Assembly (NCBI RefSeq): GCF_018977255.1
Contig: NW_024704742.1
Coordinates: 112,284,001 to 112,348,000 of the forward strand
Direction of reading: 5' to 3'
Length of the DNA: 64,000 bases
Origin: Callorhinchus milii
Lineage: Eukaryota
A program made the translations under genes and the position numbers. How positions within the stretch are numbered: position 1 is the first letter of the stretch; every line of letters starts with the position of its first letter. The notes beneath the pieces were generated by a model, which made no database searches, had not been told where the DNA came from, and was given only the letters and a program-made list of their open reading frames with translations. Positions 55,693 through 64,000 of the stretch are shown one piece after another.

Positions 55693-56529
55693 TATATTTT
55701 GTCACCGCAAAATAAGAAGTTCAGTTAAGTAATGAATTGGTTTGATGAAAAAACGGAGCTAAATTGTATCCCCTGGTGCAATAGTGTAATTAACATATGT
55801 TTCTGCAACTAATCTTACATTTCATTTGTATGCCAGTTTGTACATTGGTGTAACTGAGCAATACATACACAAAATTACAGATGCAAAGAAAACTTTTGCT
55901 TCATTATATTCTGAAATTGTGATTTTATTAGGAAATTGTTAAGTGCAGAAGTGCCAAAATTGTGATGTGCTTTGTGCCATTATTTGCACTGCTTACAAGT
56001 GGTAGATAGAATAACAGTCAATGTATGCAGATGCTGCAGAGTTAAAGCAAATACTGGAAATCTGAAACAAAGTAGAAAATGTTAGAAGTGCAAACCAGTT
56101 TACTCAGCATTTGAAAAGGAATGATGCTAACATTTTTGTCAAAGTGTAGCAAACAATATTGGAAAGATGTTGGTAGAGCGGACTGAGTCACACCACAGAA
56201 AGAGTAGATGCCATCTCTCGGAAGAAATATAAATAAAAGTTCTAAAGATTGCTCTGAGAAACAGTCCTTACAACAACTTGCATTTATATAGTTCCCATCG
56301 TGTTCAATAACATTTCGGAATGCTTTACAATGGCTGAGTGGAAGCTGAGGGAGATTGGGAGGTACAGGAGGTGAGCATAGACATGGTCAAAGAGGTAGGT
56401 TTCAAGGCGATTTGGATTCAATTGGTTCTGTTTTTTGGATTCAAACCATTTATGATCTGTGTGAGTGTTAAAAGATTTTTAAGAGAATTGTGAATCCATA
56501 AATGAAAGACTACCCATAAATGAGAGCCT

Positions 56530-56745
56530 AATAATAATCCCTCCAAAACCAAAAACAATAATAAATTGGTCATTTTCAATCTACGACTGTTTGTGGGACA
56601 TTGCTGTGCGCAATTGGCTGCCGCGTTCGCCCACAAATATACAGTCAATTCACTTTACAGTGTGTTCTGTGAAGCGCTTTGGGACGTCCTCCCGACGTGA
56701 AAGGCGCTATATCAAATGCAAGGATTATTATTATTATTATTATTA
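56530..56745 (+). mobile_element. Young Deu-SINE 3' part
   Basis: CpG-rich, ends aaggcgctatatcaaatgcaagg(att)n. Confidence 0.9.
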
Positions 56746-56831
56746 CATATGTCAATGAAGTTGCACTTACCATCTGCACTATTGGAACCTTTTAGAATCA
56801 ACTAGCTACCAGGTATAATTCATTCAACAAT

Positions 56832-57102
56832 GGCACAGTCGAAGCGGAAGGTCTTAAGACGGGTCTTGAAGGAGGCAAAGGAGGGGGCGAGGCAGAGGGA
56901 CTGTGGGATGAAGTTGTAGAGGGTGGACACAGAGTGGCTGAAAGCCTGCCCGCCAATAGTGGGGCAAACGAGGCAGGGGGATGTGCAGCAAGTTGGAGCT
57001 CATTGAGCGGAGGGAGTGGGCAGGTTGGTAGGGGGTAAGGAGATTGCGGAGGTAGGGGAGAGCAAAGCCATGGAGGGCTTTGAAGGTGAGGATCAGGACC
57101 TC
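56832..57102 (-). mobile_element. L2 ORF2 C-terminal fragment
   Basis: Peptide LILTFKALHGFALPYLRNLLTPYQPAHSLRS is the L2 ORF2 tail motif. Confidence 0.85.
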
Positions 57103-60002
57103 GTCCATTACTTGCTTTTATTCATTGACATTTTTAATTTTCAAAGTACATCTTTAGATAGAAAAAATGTAATTGGACGTTTAAATTATCTAGACCTAAA
57201 TGTATTGTGAAAAGCAGAGGGGTTATTGAATTGTGATTGTCATGTAGAAATAGCTGAGCAGGGTTCTGGCACAAACATACATCCCTGCCAATCTTGTAAC
57301 CAATAGGGAAAACATATCCATGGCAACAGCCAGTACCGTTTTAACTGGCGTAGACAAGACTCCTGGATTTTCCTACTCAAATATTCTATGCACAGCATGC
57401 AAAAAAGGCTTTGTTTAATACATGCTTTGATAATGCTGTAGTTTGCATTTGTGGATTTATGCAGATAAGAAATTATTTTCAGTTTAGATGAGCAGCCCTT
57501 AAATTTCTTTGGCATGCAACAGAGAAAGAATGCCTTCCACTCTGCTCTACCATTAATTAAAATAAGATAATCACGAATGTAGTGTCATTGAAAGAATCAC
57601 CAGAAATTAGCTCGAGAGAGCCACCTACCTGTCATTTGGTCTGGTGCAAAAGGCTTAATTTGAGGGAATCCTTTTTTGTATAGAGTTACCAATAAAGAAG
57701 CATTGTAATTGACTCTTCAGAGAAAACCTCTGAATACAGCAATAAATTGAGAAAAACTTGAAATAAGAAATAAGATAAATATATATGAACTTTACAGTAA
57801 ATTATGTGAAGCGCTTTGATACATCTCAAAGACTTGATAAGGCGCTATATCAAATTCAAGGATTGTAAATCTTCCTTTTCCCTCTCTAGTTGAGAATCCT
57901 TTGCAAAATAGCAAGAACAATATAACCCATCTCTGTTATAATTACTATAAAGTACATAGTGATACCTCACCAAAGTTTTGGGCCTTCTGCAAAACACAAT
58001 GCATAAAAATAACCTCACTAAAAAAAATCATTACTAAATGCATCTTTAAAAATATATGAACAGGTATATTAAAAAAACGCTTAAAAACAAAGTGCACTAT
58101 AGAGCAATTGGAAGAAATATGTCAAATTCATCCTTTAACCTTGCAAGGAAAGATCATAACATTATAAGATGACAAACAAGACCTCAGTTATTATTGTAAG
58201 CTGCAGGGTTGCAAGAACTACTCTATAACTACAAATATATAGTAAAGCTAGGGAACACCTTTTGCAATTAGGAAAATAGAAAATAATTACAATTCCTCTC
58301 CAAAAAATATAACTTAATTTCAGTGCCTTAAGACCAATGAGTAAATAAATAGTATACCATCATGTAAAACACTAGGGTCATTTTTTAAAGTTGCACTGGT
58401 TTATGGTTTAACTTAGCCCTGATTAATATTTAAATAAATATATTATGACATAAATGATAAATCTGCATGTCAGTTACATCATTGCCAGTGCCACCAGGGA
58501 ATTTTATAATGTGTTAGTTCCTGATTCTGTAATGTGCCTCAAAGCAGACAGCCTTCACTACCATTAGGGAATAACCTATTTAAAAATATATTTTTATTTT
58601 TCAAAAATCATTACCTTCTTTATTATATGGTCTGAGGATGAGAAAATCAAGTTATAAATAAAAGTTGTACAAAATAATTTGTGTAATGCTTTTTACATAA
58701 AAAATAAACGTCTCAACATGCTTTTGCAGAATATAATAAATTTTTTTAAATGAAAAACAAGTAAGGAAAAACTGAATTTATACCGTATCTTCTGACACAT
58801 TTCCTTCCACTGCCTCTTTCCTTCCCAGCATTCTGTAAACAGTCCCCTACACACAATTCACTAGCAGAGATGTCTATTAAAAAGTAGACTTATAGCAGAT
58901 TTCTCTTTCTAGAGTGGTGTTTCACTTAACATGATATAAAATGTGACTAGCTACTCCTAATATGTTTTTACAATTTTGAAAGTGATATGCATTTAATTTA
59001 AAAAGGCAATATTAGCTCTTTCCTGTCCATACGGTTCCTCTGGGTCCTTACCCTTCCCCTGATTGCCTCCTATGTCTTATCTCCTGTTTGTTGCAAGTCT
59101 TTGAATCTCCCCTCTGCCCTGCTCCCATGTCTTGGAGATTACTCCTCTCACCACACATTAACAAGACTACAACCCACTTACATAGTTGTGCCTCCAAGCT
59201 TTCTTATCTTCCTACCACTCATCCTCCCTTCCTGCCAGCCTCCACTTCCAAATCTCCACCTTCAATGTTGTCCCATCCCACAACCCTCTTCTACACCACT
59301 CCATTGCTGCTAATTATCAAAGAAGATGGATACGTTTATGGCAATATTATCTATCCTGGAATATACAGTGAACACAATTTATTCTGTTTACGTGTGCTGA
59401 AGTTGGCAACACTCTTGTTGCTTTGAGAATGAAGCTGTCAACCTAACCTAGAAAAGAAATGTAGGAAACATATGTTGAAATTACAATCATTTAATGTTTT
59501 AGGTACAAGATTATATTCAATTTGTTAATCTATATTCCTAATTTGGATGCTGTGCATGTCAATCAATTTCTAGTCTTCAGATTTCCAGCGGTCATAATTT
59601 TCTTTATCTTTGATTAGGGAAAACTGAAAATAATAATGCAAATGGAATGGAGTAAATTTTGAGTCCAAGTAGTGAGAAGATGGGAGCGGAGTTTGTGACA
59701 CACATTGGACATCTGTTTGAACAAGTTAGCAGGGCAGAGTTAGATATCGGTGGCTCGCTAAATAAAAACTCGGCCTCTCTTTCGACTTAAATCATTGACA
59801 GAAAGGTATTATCAGTCACAAAGTTAATATTACTAATCATTTTCTCAAAATTCTAACCTTTCTAGGTGAGACGATAATAAAGTAAATCGAATGTGAGAAG
59901 AAAAATATGAAAAGATGGCATACATTTGATCAAAATATATTAAAACATAGAGTCTAGCAAACAAATAAAGGATGAATTCAATACCTAAATTTTATAATAC
60001 AA

Positions 60003-60392
60003 TAAATAATAATCCTTGCATTTGATATAGCACCTTATCATATCTTTGAGACATCTCAAAACGCTTCACAGAATATACTGTTATTATTATTACTATTGTG
60101 AAGTGAATTGACCGTATATTTTGTTGGTAAAACTCGGCAGCCAATTACGCACAGCAGTGTCTCACAAACGGTCGTGAATTGAAGTGATCAATTTATTAGC
60201 ATTATTTTTTTTTAAGGATTTATTACCCAAGTAAAGGTGATTCGGCAATCGACTAACAACCGGGCTTCTACTAACTGCTAGGTAAACAGAGGAGTGTGCA
60301 ATAAGGAAAGTAGCCCAACATTTCGCCCTGCCGGGAATCGAACGCAGGTCTCTTGCTTGCGAGACGAGTGCTCTAACCACTAAGCTACAGGA
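60003..60392 (-). mobile_element. Full-length young tRNA-derived Deu-SINE
   Basis: Reverse complement of the 52566 copy. Confidence 0.9.
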
Positions 60393-60597
60393 ATTTATAA
60401 ATCTTGTTTTCACATTATTCGGTTTCTTTTGAAACCATTCAAAATTGGAGATAATTAAAATGGAAGTCAATCTCTGTATATATATATAACTTTATATGGT
60501 GTCTTCGTAGTACAGGACAATTGAGGTGTTCACTGCCAAAAGCTGGCATTTTTGCACCAATTAGCTTGAACTTTGCCCTTTGGGGATAAATAATGTT

Positions 60598-60998
60598 ACA
60601 ACAACAACAACAAAATTACATTTGTATAGCGCCTTTCACGTCGGGAGAATGTCCCAAGGCTCTGGACAGACAGAGTAACGGACCGGAGCTGAGGTTTGGA
60701 GTGGGGGAGGGGGGAGGGCAGGGGAGGAAGCAGGGAGGTTGAAAGCACAGTCGAAGAGGAGGGTCTTGAGGTGGGTTTGAAGGTGGCGAGGGAGGGGGTG
60801 AGACAGAGGGACTGTGGGATAGAGTCCCAGAGGATGGGTGCAGAGTGGCAGAATTGTGGGGCAAGCGAGGCGGGGGACGTGAAGCAAGCCGGAGCCCACT
60901 AAGCGTAGGGAGCGAACAGGGTGCTAAGGGATTAGGATGTCGGAGAAGTAGGGGGGAGCAAGACCGTGGAGGGCTTTGAAGATGACGACCAAGATCTT
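60598..60998 (-). mobile_element. L2 3' fragment
   Basis: (CAA)n tail at left; LQTHLKTLLF motif in the ORF track. Confidence 0.85.
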
Positions 60999-61014
60999 GG
61001 GGACAAATAATGTT

Positions 61015-61865
61015 ACAACAACAATAATAAAATTACATTTATATAGCGTCTTTCACGTCGGGAGGACGTCCCAAGACCTGGACAGACAGAGTTTCGGACC
61101 TGAGCTGAGGGTCGGGGTCGGGGAGGTCGCAGAGGTAGGGGGGAGCAAAACCATGGAAGGCTTTTAAGGTAAGGACCAGGATCTTGAACTGTATCCTCTG
61201 TGTCATGGGAAGCCAGTGGAGTTGGGCAAGAATGGGGGTGATAGGGTCGTGGAGCCTAGTGCGGGAGAGGACACGGGCTGTAGAGTTCTGGATGATCTGC
61301 ATCCTGTGGAGGGAGGAGATAGGGAGGCCGACAGGTGAGGAGTTTGCGCAGTCGAGCCTCGATGTAATGAAGGCATGTATGAGGGTTTTGGCGGCCTGTA
61401 GTGTGAGACAATGGTGGAGCCGGGCGATGTTGCGGAGATGGGGAAGGCAGAGCGGGTCACGGAGCAGATGTGGGGTAGAAAGGATAGTTGAGAGTCAAAC
61501 AAGATGCCAAGATTCTGGACTGGCTTAGCAAGGTGGAGTGAGCAACCAAGGATGGTGACGCTATTAGCGCCTGAGGTGAGGGGGCGCTGACGGGAGCCAA
61601 TCAGGAGAGCCTCGGTCTTGTTGACATTCAACTGAAGAAAGTTAGCTCTCATCCAGGACTTGATGTCTGACAGACATTCTGTCAGGACAGCAGTGGTCCT
61701 GGAGTCAAGGGTGGAGGCAGAGAGGTAGAGTTGGGTGTCAACCGCATACATGTGGAAGTTGACCCCATGTCTGCGGATGATGTCACCAAGAAGGAACATA
61801 TAGATGTTGAAGTGGATGGGACCAAGGACATAGCCCTGAGGAATGCCACACGAGACGATCTGGGG
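61015..61865 (-). pseudogene. L2 LINE ORF2 remnant (reverse transcriptase C-terminal half), frameshifted
   Basis: CGIPQGYVLGPIHFNIYM...HMYAVDTQLY...WMRANFLQLNVNKTE...QIIQNSTAR...HITP-like PITP..LHWLP; catalytic YADD altered to YAVD. Confidence 0.92.
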
Positions 61866-62786
61866 GTTACATTCAATATGTCCTTCGGGTGGGTGGAAGG
61901 GGGGGGCGGGCGTAGGAGGGTTACCTTGGAGGTGAGTTGGCTCCAAGGTAAAGTCCTTGGCACCAGAATGTCAAAATTGAGTCAACCCTCTGTGCTCGTC
62001 GATCTCTGTCAATCTCAGTCGTCAGGTTCCCTAACCAGGTGCATTCCATTCCAAACACACAGGAATTTCCATGTATAGGTGACTTACATATGTGTAACTC
62101 TCAATCCGGTTTGGATACTCATGAGCATGGTGATGGGTTTCCACCTGTGTCAAAGACCCAGCTGACCAAATAAAACAAAAATAAAACAAAAGATTTTGGA
62201 GTTATTCCAGAGATTTGTTCCTTCATCTGTGACTTTGTTCCTTCTCCACAACAATGACCCCCTCCATTCATCAACCAGCTTCATTTTTTATTGATGATTC
62301 CAATAATTATTTGAGAACTTGTTTATAAAAATTGTGCATCCAAACAACAACTTAAAATTGCAGCTTGGTGACTGATAATTCTAAAAGTTTGATAAATTGT
62401 GACAGTTTCATACACAGCAAAATATAAATGGCAAGTTTGTGCTGAACCATTAGTCTAACAGCATGCAAGAGGTAAGGGGTAGTAAACCCCATTTTAAAAT
62501 CAAATTTTCATTCATTTATCAACACACATGGATGAGCTACTAAAATTATTAGTCTCCATTACGGCTGAATGGCTTATTATTAATGACGTGCAATCAGAAT
62601 GTATTCCAAAAGACTAATTTCACAAGATTTGTCCATTATCAACTGATCTTACAATTGCTAATTGTGTTCAGTAATTAAATACCAGGAGATTCCTGGCATC
62701 GCTGTTACAAACTTAATTCCTACAGCACTAATTCTACATTTGCAAGATATAAGTTGTCGAGTGTATGGCTCATGTCAGTGTCATCT

Positions 62787-62945
62787 CACAACAACAATTT
62801 GCATTTATATAGTACCCTGTGGCGGAGTATTACCCCGAGCCAGGGGAGAGGGAGGGGGAGATGTCCATAAGCATGATCAAAAAGGAAGGCCTTTAGGCAG
62901 GATTTGAAAGTGGGGAGGGAGGGGGCAAGGCAGAGGGATTGGGAT
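62787..62945 (-). mobile_element. L2 3' fragment
   Basis: caacaacaatttgcatttatatag tail. Confidence 0.7.
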
Positions 62946-63042
62946 CACCGTTTTAATAAATATTTTTCTTGTATCTGCAAAGCCTGATTATAGTACCCAA
63001 CATTTTGCAGAATGGATTGAATGGAAGGTTAATAGTTTATAT

Positions 63043-64000
63043 AATAACAACAAAATTACATTTGTATATCGCCTTCCACATTGCGAGGTGGAAGGACTAC
63101 AGGATGGAGTTCCAGAGGGTGGGGACAAAGTGGCAGAATGCCTGCCCGCCATTGGTGGGGAGGGCGAGGTGGGGGATGTGAATCAGGCTGGAGCCCGCTG
63201 AGAGGAGGGAACGAGCAGGATGGCAGGGTGTTAGGACTTTGCAGAGATAGGAGGGAACAAATCCAAGAGGGCTTTGAAGGTGAGGACCAGGCTTGAACTG
63301 TATCCTCTGTGTGATGGGAAGCCAGTGGAGTCAGGTGAGAATGGGGGTGATAGGGTCACGGAGCCTGGTGCAGGAAAGGACACAGGCTACAGAGTTCTGA
63401 ATGATCTGCAGCCTATGGAGGGAGGAGTGGTCCGGGTCGATAAGCAGGGAGATTGTATGTTCGAGCCTGGATGTTATGAAAGCATGTATGAAGGTTTCGG
63501 TGGCCTGCAGTTTGAGAGAGTGTCAGAGCTGCACAATGTTGCGGAGGTGGGGAAGGCAGAGCGGGTCATGGCACAGATGTGGAGTAGAAAGGATAGTTGA
63601 GAGTCAAACAAGATGCCAAGGTTCCAGACTGGCTTAGTGAGCTGGAGTGTGGATGATGATGCTGTCAGGGTCTGAGGTGAGGAGATGCTGACGGGAGCCA
63701 ATCAGGAGGTTTTCGGTCTTGTTGACGTTCAACTAAAGAAGGTTAGCTCTCATCCAGGACTTCCAAACATTCTGTCAGCACAGCAGTGGTCCTGGAGTCA
63801 AGGGTGGAAGCACAGAGGTACAATTGGGTGTCATCCGATTACGTGTGTAAGTTGACCCCATGTCTATGGATAATGTCACCAAGAGGGAACATACAGATAT
63901 TGAAGAGGAGGGGACCAAGGACAGAGCCCCGAGGAATGCTGTACAAGATAGTGCGGGGGCTAGAGGAGAAACCATTTTATGGAGATGAAGTGGAGATGGT
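63043..64000 (-). pseudogene. Second L2 ORF2 (RT) remnant, runs off the window end
   Basis: Colinear with 61015-61865 (ggatagttgagagtcaaacaagatgccaag shared); frameshifts and deletions. Confidence 0.9.

Noticed and set aside
58784..58846. 63-nt minus-strand exon open in all three frames
   Set aside because: No pyrimidine tract at the acceptor, weak donor; openness is explained by purine richness
1865..60392. Recurring aataatccttgcatttgatatagcgc as a CRISPR-like or regular array
   Set aside because: Irregular spacing and both orientations; these are SINE tails
61203..61946. 247-aa ORF as an active reverse transcriptase or retron-like system
   Set aside because: 5'-truncated L2 with YAVD in place of YADD and frameshifts; an ordinary fossil

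Overview
AT-rich, repeat-dense, apparently non-coding vertebrate DNA (intronic or intergenic). The repeat set points to a cartilaginous fish, most likely a chimaera such as Callorhinchus milii; this is an inference from memory of these repeat families, not a search result. The window holds about 30 copies or fragments of tRNA-derived Deu-domain SINEs with (ATT)n tails (two head types), 5'-truncated L2 LINEs with (GTT)n tails including two decayed reverse-transcriptase segments near 61-64 kb, CR1 3' remnants, several inverted-repeat MITE-like elements, and microsatellites. I recognise no intact protein-coding gene. A few minus-strand exon-like segments with good splice signals may belong to an unidentified transcript. 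The best-supported unusual structures are an L2 insertion carrying an inverted copy of nearby DNA at its 5' junction (42.3-43.05 kb), an L2 3' end stacked on another L2 with a duplicated flank (60.6-61.0 kb), and several long palindromes. I cannot support a claim of a new biological system.
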